DNA from: Callorhinchus milii
Lineage: Eukaryota
Length of the DNA stretch: 64,000 nt
Direction: 5' to 3'
Assembly: GCF_018977255.1 (NCBI RefSeq)
Contig: NW_024704768.1
Location: 4,216,001-4,280,000 of the forward strand
Part shown: positions 1 to 12,995 of the stretch, piece by piece
How the letters are laid out: every line of letters starts with the position of its first letter
Position numbering within the stretch: the stretch's first letter is position 1
The notes under the pieces: generated by a model
Databases searched by the model: none
Told to the model about the DNA's origin: nothing
The model's input: only the letters and a program-made list of their open reading frames with translations
Program-made: the position numbers and the translations under genes

Positions 1-106
1 ACTCGCCATTTTCCATCTCCTTGAAGGTATCGATCTGGATTCGGAAAGGAACCCCTTTCTCCCCTCCATGCTTTCTGGTGGTGAACTCGGTGCTGATACA
101 ATGAAC
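1..106 (-). CDS. TFCP2: TFCP2 exon 6 (partial)
   Basis: [35 protein letters not shown]; TAG| acceptor at 107-108. Confidence 0.93.
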
Positions 107-3100
107 CTAAAGGAAACAGGCAGACGGACAACGTGACAGAGGGAAGAGCTAACGCCGTCAGAAAGCACGCCATTTAGAACCATAGAAACATATAGCACAG
201 GAGGAGGACATCTGACATTTGATCCCAACCCCCAGCTCAGGTCTAAATCCCTGAAAGTCCAGCGCCTTAGGACGTCCTCCCGCTGTGAAAGGCACTGTGT
301 AAATGTCAGTTGTTGTGCCCGTGCTGGCTCTTTTAAGATCAATCCTTTCAAGTCTCATTTACCTGCCCTGTAGTTGACTCCTTTTTCATTATTCATCCAG
401 TTCCCTTTTGAAAGCTGATAAGTAGCTGATACTTAGTAGATTATGCCCCAGTATTCTAATAATTAGTCGGAATTAAGATTTCTCGACTTCCCTCCTATAT
501 TAAAAATGAAGTTCAGATGTTTCTTCTGTATGGCTATTTTGTAAGACCACCTGCCCCATCTTCCTGTTGGGCCTGAAGACCTTTTCTTTTTGAAGACCTC
601 TTCAACCGTTCTCACGGTCAGCTCGCCCCTTCCCCCCAGCTCAGCATCGTGCTCTGCCACTGTCAAGCGCTCTGGGACACTACCCTGCCTGAGAGGCACT
701 GTGTAAATGCAAGTTGCTGTTGACCAATTCATATATAGAGCAACTCTCCAAACACTGCACGGAACGAGGTAACCAACGGAAGTAATTGTCCTACCTGGAT
801 AAATACAGAGGTTCTCTTTGAAGGGTCCCAAAGGAATTCGACTGTGTTTAGCTGAGTTGGGTTAGCTCTGGGGTCAACAATCCCGACCGACAAAGGAATA
901 TCTAAAGCCAACACAGACAGTCGTTACAGTGTGCCTTTCTTTAAAATTCAAATCTAACAATGCTGACATTGCTGTACGCAAACTGGCTGCCGCGCTTCGC
1001 CCACAAAACACGCAGTCACTCCATTTCACAGTATATCCTGCTTGAGACGTCTCGATGACGTGATAAGGCGCTGTGTCAAATGCGAGGATTGTTATTCCCC
1101 GGTTGAGTGGGTGACAAGTCACCTGCTCCCAGATCATTGCCAGGACAGATTTATAACCAAACGTTGGGATCCCACTCTGTGCAAAGCCGTTTTATCACAC
1201 TGACGTGCGTGATGGGAGGTTGCAGGACTGTGATTTCTGATCAGGTGTGCTGAAATTGGGAGCTCGTCGGGTCATAAAAATATAAGAACGAACCGGTCAA
1301 GTCACTGAAAGCAATTGAAATGAAAACAGAAATCGCGGGGAAGACTCAGCAGGTCAGGCAGCACCTATGGAGAGCATCTGATTGCACGTGCAACACGGCA
1401 AACAATGGCAGACACGTTACCTAAATCCAGGATTCTATCTCCAGGCCGGTTCCACCTCCATCCCTCCAACTGCTGGTGCTCTGTGTACTGCAATCGCCGG
1501 TCATGAAACACCACCCGGATAATGCTCTGCATGTAACACACGTGAAGTTGGGAACCAGACGTTTAATATGACCCATTTAACATCAATTTCAAGATCCTCA
1601 CACTCGTTTTCAAATCCCTTCATACCCTGGCACCTCCCTACCTCTCCGACCTACTTACTCCTTCAACCCACTACTCGCTGCCTCCGGTCTCCTGCTTGTC
1701 CCCTGTGCCCTCCGTTCCACCATTAGTGGTTGCACTTTTAGCCACTACGCCCCGAAACTCTGGAACTCTTCCTCAATCCCGCCGCCTCGCCCCTTCCTTC
1801 CCCATCTTCAGGGCGTGCCTATTCGACCCTGCTTACGGTCACCTCTCCCTCCGCCACTGTTAAGCGCTCTGGGACGCAAGTTGCTGTTGAGCGATGCAAA
1901 GTATGAGTTACGCAAAACTTATTAATAATAGGAAATTCCCGACTTAGGCGATTACATATTATATGACTATATTTTATCCAGGCCACACATTCCAGCTGAT
2001 AGATCTCCACTCAAGACGAAGATGGACCAGAAGCAGCCTCACTGTATTTGCCAACATCCCTTCCTCTTCTCACCTTCACATATTTGCCATTGATTTCTGG
2101 CAACTCGCCCAATTTCCGATTATCGAGCATCCGGATTTCATAAGACTGTCCTGAAATCAGAACAAACCAGAATAGTAATGTCATAATAATCATCATCAGA
2201 ATAATAATCCTTGCATTCGATATAGCGCCTTATCACGTCATTGAGGGGTTTCAAAGCACTTCACAGGATGTACTGTAAAGTGTAGTGACTGTATACTTTG
2301 TGGGCAAAATCCGACAGTCAATTGCGCACAGCAGTGTCCCACCAACAGTCATGGATTGAGTGACTAAATTATTAGTTTTTTTGGAAAGGGATCATTACCC
2401 CCAGAAAAGCAACTGCCAATCGACTAACAACCAGGTTCCTACTTACAGCTAGGTAAACAGAGGCATGTGTGTGTGGAGCAAAGAAACTTGCCTAAGGTTT
2501 CTCCCCGCCCGGGAATCAAACCCAGGTCCTCTCGCTTGAGAGGCGTGCGCGCAAACCACTGAGCTACAGGACTCCACTGGGAAAGGGTTCTTTTTGCCTG
2601 CAGGACTCCACAAAGAGAAATTCCTAATGTGAGCGGTACTGAGCCTTACCTTGGTTAAGGTATGTAAGAGTTTCATCGTGGAGCTTGACGGCTGGGGAGG
2701 TGGCTGAACATAGGACATACTGAAAGGGCAGAAGTTTATTCTCATTTTCTGGAGGCAGATTAGACTCTTCCTGCTTGAAGATCGGTAGTGCAAGCACATC
2801 GCTAGATGCAGATCAGAAACAAAACAATAAAATGAATCCAAACACTTTCACTCAAGATTACATTTATATTCACAATAATCATCCTTGCATTTGATACTTG
2901 TGCTTGTGCATCGTTCTGACTCATTTGCCTGAGTCGGAAGATTGTGGGTTCAAACCCCACGCCAGGACTTGGAACTCATATAGTCTAAGATGATACACCA
3001 ATGCAATGCTGGGAAAAAGTGCTGGACTGTTGTAGATGCTGTTCTTTGGATGAAACGTTAAACCGAGCTCCCCATCTGCCTGTTCAGCTGGACGTTAAAG

Positions 3101-6100
3101 ATCTCCTGGCACTATTCAAAAAGATTTTGTTTTTCCCAGGTTCCTGATGTGAAAGGTGCTATACCAAGTGCGAGGATTATTATAATATAGCACCTTATCA
3201 TGCCATTGAAAAAGTTTGGTCACTCAATCCAACACTGTTGGTGGGACACTGCTGTGCGCAATTGGCTGCCGCGTTTCACTCACAAAATACACAGTCAATC
3301 CATTTTATAATATATTCTGTGAAGCGCTCTGAGACATCTCAACGACGTGATAAGGCGCTATATCAAATGCAAGAATTATAATAATTATTATCATTGAGAT
3401 ATCTCAAACCAATACAACACTACATTTGTATCACGTCGGGAGGATGTCCCAAGGGTGGGGTTGGGATTAGGGAGGGTGGAGGGCAGGGAGGACGGCCGAA
3501 GGCGCAGTCGAAGAGGAGGATCTTGAGACAGAATGACAGCTTTAATGACAATTTCAAAGTAAGAGCAGTTCTTCTGTACAGCATCACTGGTCAGGTAAAG
3601 GCCCAAATAACCAGCCTGGAGTCTGGAGGAGCGAGTCTAGTCTGGAGGAGCGAGCGATCAGTCAGTACGCTTCATTGGAAAACAGCTGCGAAAATCACAT
3701 ACACAAACAACCATATGCAACCTTTGCACGATTCAAATTACGGAGCATATCAAGTCACAGGAAAGTATCTGAACCATTCCACCAACAGCAGTAGGATGGA
3801 GATCCAGATCAAATCCTTAAATAAACTTCAGGAACCGAAGAGGAGTAATCCAATGTGCGGCTTTAGCTCAGAGGGCACGACAGGAAGTGGGAAAATACTA
3901 CGCAGAGTGTTGTGGCGAGATCGGAGTCCGAGGGCTGGCTGCTTAACGAGGAGGAATCCGAAGGTCATGAACTGCACGGACAAACGCGGGTTCATGACAA
4001 AAATGGCAGCACAAGCTTTTAATCACAATAAAAATAATAATAATCCTTGCATCGATACAGCGCCTTATCACGTTGTTGAGATGTCCCAAAGCGCTTCACA
4101 GAATATACTATAAAGTGGATTGACTGTGTATTTGTTGGTGAAACGCAGAAGCTAATTGCGCACAGCAGCGTCTCACAAATAGTTATGGAGGGATTATTAC
4201 CCCCGGAAAGTGATCTGCCAAGTAACAACCAGGTTACTGCTGGGTAACAGAGGCACGCGGAGTAAGGAAACTTGCCTAAGGTTTCGCCTCTGGAATGGAT
4301 TTTGCATCCACACAGCGAGGAATAACAACGTCAATCAAAAATAAAGTGAGCGACAGAAAACCCGATACTACAATTGGGACATAGAAAACACACCCCAAAA
4401 AAACCTGTTCTTCAGAGAACGTCAATTCACTTCCACCACTGGAGTAGTGTCTAACCGTTTTTGTCCACCTGCACCTCAATCATACGTGATTCCACTACAT
4501 ATTATTGAGAATGATTGGGAATGACCCTGTGTGGCTTTCCAGTAAGAGTACAAATCGAGGGGAAGAGAGAGACAACCACCACCACCACAAATTGCGTTCG
4601 TATAGCGCCTTTGACGCCATTAGGGTTACCAAGGTGAAATAAGTTGCCCCGTCAAAGAATAAAAAAAAGTGACAAAATGAAACGTACGTCATCTGAGAAG
4701 CACGTTGAAAGGTTTTCGGTGAGCAAAAGGGTTAAAGGCTATTACTCTGAAAAGCATGCTCTACAAATCCCATTAGTGCAAGGGGCTTGAGCACTCAACT
4801 GTGAAGATAGTGGATGACTTTGTTCATATTCAAGCCAAAAGCTATCTGCGTGCAATTGCTGGGAGCAAAGCCAGCCTGTACCTTTTCCAATGAGATGTGA
4901 CCAGGCAAAAACACCCAAAACACTTTACTCTGTAAACAGCACTCGGTAAGAGGCAGAAGGCATCTTCCAAGCTGCTCGACTACGTTACTGACACCTCTAG
5001 TGACAACATAATTTGAAGAAGTCAAATGGGAAAATACTACAAGTACTGGAAAGAATGCATTACCAGGTAGAGATGTGAACCGCTTCTCAAGGGAAAGCAA
5101 CATAGACAAGTCTCTTTACGCACATCAGGGCAAGAATGCAGTGATAACTTTATCATACCAGTTTAAGCGCTCTAAGACGCTACTCTGCGTGGAGAGCGCT
5201 GTGTGAGTGCAGGTTATTGCTGTTACCACTGCACTTGAATGAAGTCTCAATAAACACAAATGTCAACTGAGGCAGAATAATAATCCTTGCATTTGGTATA
5301 GCACCTGATCACGTCTTCAAGATGTCTCAAAGGGCTTCACAGAATATACTGTAAAGTGGAGTGACTGTATACTTTGTGGGAGAAATGAACTAAGGAGCCA
5401 CACTGATCTAAGCCAAGAATGGACCAAACACCGATTCTAACACTCTACCAAACCAAACCAAAGCCACAACAACAAATCACACTGCATACAAATAGCGTTT
5501 CATGTCGGGAAGGACACCCCAAAGCACTGGGCAGTCAAGGACGTGCACCCAAAGCAACGCCAAATGGGATTTATAAACACCAAGTACAGAAAGACGGTGA
5601 AGCTCTTGCACAGATAGGCTTCTCAATTTTCGGCTTGAATATCAGCAGATTCATCTGTTACCTTCACAGTTGAGTGCCCCAGCCCTTCCACTAATAGTGT
5701 TTGTACGGCAAGTTTTCAGAGCTGGAAGCGTTTCATTCACCTAAACCTACTTACGATGCCCCTTTAAAAATAGCCATTTGTTCTAACACCCTGTACGGTA
5801 AATACAGTAATCTCTTCCGTTGCCCATTGCCATTCATTAGCGGCCAATAGCTACTCTCTGTCCATTTGTCTTTCGCTCTTTCATTTCAACGGGCATCATA
5901 AAGTTATTCTATCATGTTCAACCATCAGTGATCACTGTAACCAAATACAACGGGTAGAATAAACTGCTCAGCTGACACAGCAATTCACATCCAGCAGAAA
6001 GCCAAAGGAGAAAGACAGAGAGCTCACTTACAGGCCCGAGGGGCTGTGAGAGAATATGAAGGTCAGTTCAGGTCAGCTGTCTCAGTCGGGCGATCAAAAG

Positions 6101-9100
6101 AAGCTGCGTGTTCAGCATTTATCTTAACATCCTCAACCAGCGGAATACGGCCCCAAACAAACCCGCAGATTCAGGTCATGTTGGCTGCTGCATTTCGCCC
6201 AGAAAATACACAAGTCAATTCACTTCAGTATATTCGGTGAAGCGCTTTGAGACATCACGAAGACGTGACAAGGCTCTGTATCAAATGCAAGGATTATTGT
6301 TCATAGCCGGGCAGGAAGTTATTGAGTTATTTATCAAGTGGCTAAAGACTAGCTAAGACCCCAGGAATACTGAAAACTACTTGATGAAGTGGTTATTAGT
6401 TGAGTGCTCCCTCAAGCACCAGCAAAGCTGTCCGCAGGTCTGTCCAAAGAATCTTAGCTGCCCATCATCAGGTAGGTGATGAGAGGCCATCTACATTGAC
6501 AACCTGCGTTTACACAGCACCCTCTCACGCAGGGTAGCCTCCCAGCGCACTCGACAGTGACAGAGCACGACGCCCAGCTGGGGGGGAGATGATCGAAAGC
6601 ACAGTCGAAGAGGAAGGTCTTCGGGCACGACCTGAAGATGGGGAAGGAGCGGGCAAGGCAGAAGGATAGAGAGAGGAAGAGTGCTCCAGAATTTCGGGGA
6701 GTAGTGGCTGGAAGCACGGCCACCGATGGTGGAACGGAGGTCATGAGGGACAATCATAAGTCTATTCTGAAAAACAGAAATGATCTGTTGCTAAGACCGA
6801 GTCAACAGGTTGCTAAGCAGCACTAAAAATATCCGTCAGCGACTTGGTATGAATAATTCCGCTTTGGTTCAAAGTCCTGAACTCCAGCGGCAGACACACA
6901 CCGGAAGGAGCATTACAAACATTAATCATGGAAAACCCATTAAAGGGTGTGCAAATGACTTTCATGTAGTGCTGGTGCACTCAACACATTGTGCTATTTG
7001 GTAATGAGAGACGCAAGATAGTCAAATCAACAACATACAGTGCTGTCTATCCCTCAGCCAGATCCCACCCTGTTGAGGATAAATAATTACCTGCCAGCAG
7101 GCCAGTGAAAAAATACTAGCCAGTACAATATTTTTTGAAGGGAGTGGGGAAAAAGAGAAAGGAGACAACAAGGAATTCATGGATAATGTATCATCATGTA
7201 GCATACTCTAGGTATATCCACTTGATATAGCGCAGTTTTTGTGGGACACAGCCAGCGCAATTGGCTGCCACATTTCTCCCACAGAATACACGACAGTTAA
7301 CAGTATATTCTGTAAAGAGCTTTGAGACGTCGTGAAGACGCAATAATTATTATTAACGTCAGAAGGATGTCTCAAAGCACTTCACTGGATATACTGTGAA
7401 GTGTAGTAGCTGTGTAATTTGCAGGTGGACGGTAAGGAAAGCGAGACAGAACATCTATTGTGATCAGTTTGCTGCATTGTGTTTATGTACGAATTGATCA
7501 TGGCTTAGCCTCAAGCAACAGTTAGCCCTGACTGTATTTAGTCATGCGGCCATAACAATTTAACGTTATTGCCCTAAAGTCAATCAGGCAGGACATCAAG
7601 TTCAAGCACACTGCAAAGGGAAATAAGGGCTAAAAGATACCAATAAGAGCCAAATCAGCTTGATCAGCTCTCAGGCATTCCTTAAGATTCTGGGTAGATT
7701 GGTTCCATCCAGAGAGCACCTCACTTGCAGATCTAGTAGGTCATGGAATTAGTGTGGCTTTCTGTCAAGCGCTCTCAGACTCCGTCCTGCGTGAAGGGCG
7801 CTATATAAATGCAAATTGCTGCTGTTGTAGTGTGCAAGCCAACAAAATGTGTTCAGGAGGACGGCTGCAAGACATCCAGTGATTTTTCAAAGACTTATGA
7901 TTCGGAAGCCTGAACCTCGATAATAGCTTCAAAACCAAACAGAAATAAAAAAAATAATTAAATCCACGACTGTGCGTGGGGCACAACTATGCGCAATTGG
8001 CTGCCACGTTTGGCCCACAACATATCCAGTCAATTCACTTTACAGTGTAACCTGTGAAGCGCTTTGAGACGTCTTGAAGACTATGTCAAATGCAAGGATT
8101 ATTATTAACAGAATACAGAGTTGTGCATGACAACTTGACAGAACAGGTGGTCCAGTCACCAAGGTTTCCCTCTGCCATCATTGAAAACTGTTTTGGTGCT
8201 GTGGACTTGCTCTCACGTAGACCTCACCATCAATGGGTCCGTTCTGTGCCTCTTCCTCCCACCGACTTTCCACCAACATTTGCAATAAATGGAGACTTCA
8301 ACAACTACTTAGCCATTCTCCTTCTTCCTTTACACATATGGCAAGGTGCATCATTGCCATACTTGCTGATGATTCCACTGTCCGAAACAGCCATTTTTTC
8401 CCCCTCTCCTGGAGATTCCCATCACTTATGATCAAGAAACCCCTGACACTGATCAACCTGCTGTGAATATTCAGCACTGTTTTTAACCGGGGGGGGGGGG
8501 GGGAACAGAAAAGTTTGACCTCTATACTTCTTCCACATTGCACATTTCATCACGTGGTTTCACTATTCAGTTCAACAGGTTTTGTCATCAAACAAGCAAT
8601 AAATCAATCAACGTGAAAGAATCCTATTTTCCCCTGTAGCAACGCTGAACTGGTTTTAGGTTTAAGCGACACGGACTTTCAATGTCGTGCATCAGCCCTA
8701 ACCTGATTGAGTCTAAAATATAGGCACATATCTTGGGAGTCCTGTCGCGTATTGGTTAGAGCACTCGCCTGGCAAGCGAGAGGACCCGGGTTTGATTCCC
8801 AGGTGCAAAAACATGGGCAAGTTTGCTTACTCCACGGTAAGCAGGAACCTGGTTGTGGGTCAACTGATGGGATCAAATGCAGCGATTATAAATATTATAC
8901 CAAATACGGGTATTATTACTATTATTATTATTATCCTTATTATTATTATGTCAATGCAATATTATTATATCAAGTACAAGGATTATTATATCAAATGCAG
9001 GGACTATTATCATATCAATACAATTATTAGTATTATATCAAATACAAGGATTATTATTATTATTATATCAAATCGAGGGATTATTATTATCCTATCAATA

Positions 9101-9572
9101 CAATTATTAGTATTAAATCAAATACAAGGATTATTATATCAAATGGAGGGATTATTATTACATCAAATGGAGGGATTATTATTATCCTATCAATACAATT
9201 ATTAGTATTAAATCAAATACAGGGATTATTATTACATCAAATGGAGGGATCATTATTATCATAGCAATAGAATTATTAGTATTAAATCAAATACAAGGAT
9301 TATTATATCAAATGGAGGGATTATTATTATCCTATCAATACAATTATTAGTATTAAATCAAATACAGGGATTATTATTACATCAAATGGAGGGATCATTA
9401 ATATGATGATGATGGTGGAGGTGATGGAGGTGGAGATGGAGATGGTTTACCTCATGCTGTAGGCTCCAGCTCCGAGCTCCTGGCCGATGCCGGACAAACT
9501 GGCGTCGAAGTCCTGCACCAACCCGGACTCGATCACCTCATCGGGCATCGGCATCTTCAGGGCCCAGGCCAT
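1..9572 (-). CDS. TFCP2: TFCP2 (CP2/LSF transcription factor), 5' part: join(9451-9572, 2650-2801, 2074-2150, 1421-1526, 795-901, <1-106); continues beyond window start
   Basis: Six GT-AG bounded exons join in frame to [53 protein letters not shown]...[20 protein letters not shown]...[28 protein letters not shown], the CP2 DNA-binding domain; synteny with POU6F1 favours TFCP2 over UBP1/TFCP2L1. Confidence 0.95.
795..901 (-). CDS. TFCP2: TFCP2 exon 5
   Basis: [35 protein letters not shown]; 107 nt. Confidence 0.95.
1421..1526 (-). CDS. TFCP2: TFCP2 exon 4
   Basis: [35 protein letters not shown]; 106 nt. Confidence 0.95.
1583..1890 (+). mobile_element. LINE L2 3' fragment
   Basis: [25 protein letters not shown]-like remnant and AAGCGCTCTGGGAC tail; similar fragments at 6490-6750, 12400-12585, 15085-15350, 49100-49500, 49940-50240, 54830-55135, 57000-57200, 62640-62930, 63790-64000. 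Confidence 0.75.
2074..2150 (-). CDS. TFCP2: TFCP2 exon 3
   Basis: [25 protein letters not shown]; 77 nt, canonical splice sites. Confidence 0.95.
2200..2578 (-). mobile_element. tRNA-derived SINE (dominant family), near full length
   Basis: tRNA-like head GTAGCTCAGTGGT...GGTTTGATTCCC, body GGAACCTGGTTGTTAGTCGATTGGC, tail GGCGCTATATCGAATGCAAGGATTATT. Confidence 0.85.
2650..2801 (-). CDS. TFCP2: TFCP2 exon 2
   Basis: [50 protein letters not shown]; CTAG| acceptor, |GTAAG donor; 152 nt. Confidence 0.95.
2915..3145 (+). mobile_element. DeuSINE-like element (SacSINE1/AmnSINE1-related)
   Basis: GGATGAAACGTTAAACCGAG...GGACGTTAAAGATCTCCTGGCACT matches the Deu-domain as I recall it; related copies at 37300-37455 (-) and 41725-41900 (+). 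Confidence 0.6.
8880..9400 (+). repeat. AT-rich minisatellite built from SINE-tail units
   Basis: Repeated TATATCAAAT(GC/AC/GG)A(A/G)GGATTATTATT and TATCAATACAATTATTAGTATT. Confidence 0.85.
9451..9572 (-). CDS. TFCP2: TFCP2 coding exon 1
   Basis: ACC-ATG-G start, [13 protein letters not shown]...GAYSM, donor AG|GTAAAC; 122 nt. Confidence 0.95.
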
Positions 9573-10400
9573 GGTGGGGAGGGAGGGGGGAGTGTGTGGG
9601 GGGAGTGTGTGGGGGGGAAACTGGACACAAGAGAGCGAACCCCCCCACTCTCCCACCCCCCACTCCCGCAGTCAAGCGCTCAAACCCGGGGCGAGGCGAC
9701 TTAACTGAGGCCGAGGCTTCTGTCTGGACCGCTAGGCCTCAACGGCTTTTTTTTGTGTGTGTGTGCGCGCGCGCGTGTGGGAGAGAGAGAGAGAGAGAGA
9801 GGGGGAGAGAAAAAAGTCGTTGCCTCAGAGGGAGGAGGAGGAGGTTAAGGAGAGAGAAAAAAAAAGGAAAGAGACAGAGACAGAGAGGGAGAGAGAGAGG
9901 GAGAGGGGGAACGTGTGACTGACACAGAGAGAGAGAGAGAGAGACGCGCACACACACAGACTGACGGAGAAAGAAGCGCCAACGCCAAGATGGCGTCCGT
10001 CCGTCGCGCGCCTCCTGACAACCTAACCTGCTTGATGGCGAGGCGGGCGGGTGGGCGGGCGGTGCTGGTGCAGCCAAACTTGCTTCGCGCGCGGGGGGGG
10101 TGGGGGGGAGGGCGGGGCGGGTTGTAGCCCCTCCCTCCGCCCCGCCCCCCGCCTCGCCCCGCCCCGCCGACCAAACAATAGCCCAATCGCGGCCCAAAAG
10201 TAGCCCGAAATACCGCGAGGGTCGGGCCCGGTTCCGTAGCCCAAAGTAGCCCGATGTACCGTTCCACGCGGGCCAGTTATGTAGCCCAAAGTAGCCCAGC
10301 GTAGCGTTAGGATGGGCCAATAATGTAGCCCCAAAGTAGCCCAATATAGTACCGCCGTGCTGTAGCTATGGAGCCCAAAGTAGCCCCGTGTATTGCTATC
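9573..10400 (-). promoter_or_regulatory. TFCP2 CpG-island promoter / 5'UTR
   Basis: CpG-rich; YY1-type CAAGATGGCG at 9986-9995, clustered GC boxes (GGGCGG/CCGCCC) at ~10109-10168, CCAAT near 10183. Confidence 0.8.
10190..10388. repeat. Five GCCCAAAGTAGCCC motifs at ~45-bp period
   Basis: Copies start near 10192, 10239, 10284, 10328 and 10373. Confidence 0.85.
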
Positions 10401-11349
10401 ATTATCATTTTATAATTATAATGATAATTGTGCAGCACGAAGATATGTTATAATATTCTTGATATCGCGCGTGTGCTCGTGTGCGTGTGTCTGTGTCAGT
10501 GTGCGGTGGGGGGGGGAGGAAATGGTGGGAGTTTGACCGGCCGGACCCTAAACCCACTGGGTCAGAATACCATCTCCGCCAACAATAATAATAAATAATA
10601 ACACCAATCATAATGATCAAATAATAATAATAATAATAGAGTAAAACTCGCGTAAGTCTGACACCTGTCTCAATCGTGTCGTCCGCCCGAGTTCCGTTCG
10701 ACAGGAGTTTCTATTTCTAGGGTTGACGGAATTTTTCCGAATTTGCGGAGTTAAGTCACGTGCGGAAAGACGCGCCGGGTCCCGACTGAGGTTTTTGTGA
10801 GGTTTTCGACTGTAGGAACTTGCTTTAGGCATAAATTGGCCATTTCTGCCAATCGACAGAAACAAGAACATGTGGGACACCTACAGGCACCGTCCGATCG
10901 GTGCATTATCCCTCCTGACTGTTTTTCTGAAGGTTTGCGAATCGTGATTAAATAGTTATATATATATATATATATTAACACACAGATAAACAACTTTTAC
11001 ATACAGATGAGGATATCTGTAGTCTCGGTTCCATTGTCTATCGGGGAGACCCGTGGTTTGATGTTCTTCAAATTAATCTTGACTAAATAATAGTAATTCC
11101 TGCATTTGGTAGAGCTGGCCTTTTTACGTTGGGAGGCGGAGAGCCTTAAAGAGCTTCACGGGACATATTGCAAAGTGTAGTGACTGTGTATTTTTGTCGG
11201 CAAACTCAGCAGCCAATCTGCACATAGCAATGCCCCACAAACAGCCACGAAATGAGCGATCAATTTTATCTGGGGGATGTTGGCCCAATGCCATAAATCC
11301 TGCTACGGCGGTCTTGCAGAAATAAAGTCCAGTTTAGGTCCCTGTAAAG

Positions 11350-11570
11350 GGAACGTAAACCTGGAACTGTCTTCCTCCCCCAAAAGGCTGTGGACTATGG
11401 CTGAATCCATTCATACTTTCAAGACTGAGGTGGGTAGATGTTTGTTAGGTCGGGGTATCAAGGGATACGGAGCAAAGGCGGGTAATTGGAGTTGAAGTAC
11501 AGATCAGCCACGATCTTATAGAATACCGGAACAGGCTCGAGGGGCTGAATGGCCTCCTCTCGTTCCTCTG
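11350..11570 (+). mobile_element. CR1 LINE 3' end (second family)
   Basis: GAACAGGCTCGAGGGGCTGAATGGCCTCCT tail; other copies at 20075-20240 (-), 29762-29960 (-), 50515-50655 (+), 57600-57680 (-). Confidence 0.8.
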
Positions 11571-11706
11571 ATTTCGCCGGGCTGCTAAGCAACGGTATTC
11601 GTAAAACACAGAGCACAAATTAGTGAAGACTGAGGATTAAATTGTTTTGGTTTCTTTGCAATAACAAAGCAGCAAAATTCTTGCGTACTGTTAAAATAAT
11701 ACTTTT

Positions 11707-11712
11707 TTTATT
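11707..11712 (-). terminator. Probable POU6F1 polyadenylation signal
   Basis: AATAAA on - strand at the end of an AU-rich UTR-like stretch ~2.6 kb past the stop. Confidence 0.55.
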
Positions 11713-12623
11713 TTTCACATCAGCTTCTATTCACAAATAATTAGTAACAGACCACTATTTGTCATCGGACACTATTTGTAGACCGAGTGGAGTTTTTTTT
11801 TCATCGACTTTGATTACTGTTAATTACAACTCTTTGAATTCACACTCGTGATAAAAAAAATTGTTAAAATCCGTAATGGCAGCTGATTAGCTTAATCAAC
11901 CCTGTTTATGCCAAAGATCTGTGTTTAAAAATACAGTAATATACTATCTTACTTCCAATATTATCTTTACGTACATTTGCAGCAATACAAAACAAGAAAA
12001 TGGTGGGAGGGGGAGAGAAAGAACGAAATAGAGAGAGAAAGAGAAAGAATGAAAGAAAAAGGCTGAAGGTTTAACACACATTGATTGAACTCTGATAGAT
12101 TCTCACACCTTCCGGATCTATTTTTCACTCTTTTTAAAAAAAAACTCATTTCAACAGTGTGGAGATCGCACCGAGTTGCAGTTAAGGAACTTTTGCAGCG
12201 AATGCGATCTCCACAGACATTGAGGCAATGCAATGTTCTGAAGGGAAAAGTGGGCATCAAGATAAAGATCTTCCTCCTTCCTGTATCAGGTTATATACCT
12301 GTAAGTGTGTTTGTGTGTATACACGAATCTACGTCTGTGCGCACACACACACACACACATACACACCAACCTGCATTTACACAGCGCCCTTAATGTGGCC
12401 CAGTGTCTTGGAGCGCTTGATGGTGGTGGTGCCTGACACCGAGCCAGGGGGTGTGCGGGAGAAGGTGACCGTAAGTACAGGCGAAGAGGAAGGTCTTCAG
12501 TCGTGAACTAAAAGAGGGGAAGGAGGTGGTGAGACGGGGGGGGGGGAAGAGTTCCGAAACTTTGGGGCGTAGTGGCTGAAAGGGCAAACACACACACACA
12601 CACACACACAGAACGTTCTTTAT

Positions 12624-12995
12624 AATAATAATCCTTACATTTGATATAGTGCCTTTTAAAGTGTCATTGGAGGTCTCAAAGCGCTTCATATTTTAAATAC
12701 TGTGACACAGATTGAACATGTGTTTTGTGGGCGAAACGCGGCAGCCAATTACGCACAACAGCGTCCCCCACAAACAGTCGTGGATTCAGTGACCAAATAT
12801 TATTATTTTTTTCCGGAGGGATTATTACTCTCGGAAAAGCGATCCGCCAATCGACTAACAACCGGGTTCCTACTTACTGCCGGGTAAACAGAGGCGCGTG
12901 TGTGTGTGTGTGTGTGTGTGTGTAGTTAGTAAGAAAAAATGCCTAAGATTTTGCTCTGACCCACCCGGGAATCGAATCCAGATCCTCTCGGAGTG
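12624..12995 (-). mobile_element. tRNA-derived SINE in POU6F1 3'UTR
   Basis: Same family with internal (CA)n and (ATT)n tail. Confidence 0.85.

Noticed and set aside
3394-4113. 239-aa + strand ORF
   Set aside because: Runs through SINE/L2 remnants in TFCP2 intron 1; no recognisable domain
8090-8431. ORF with NCFGAVD, reminiscent of Harbinger transposase FPNxxGAIDG
   Set aside because: Only a few residues match; no downstream DDE motifs
10190-10388. CRISPR-like repeat-spacer appearance
   Set aside because: Vertebrate DNA, cores only ~14-17 bp, spacers partly similar to each other, no cas genes
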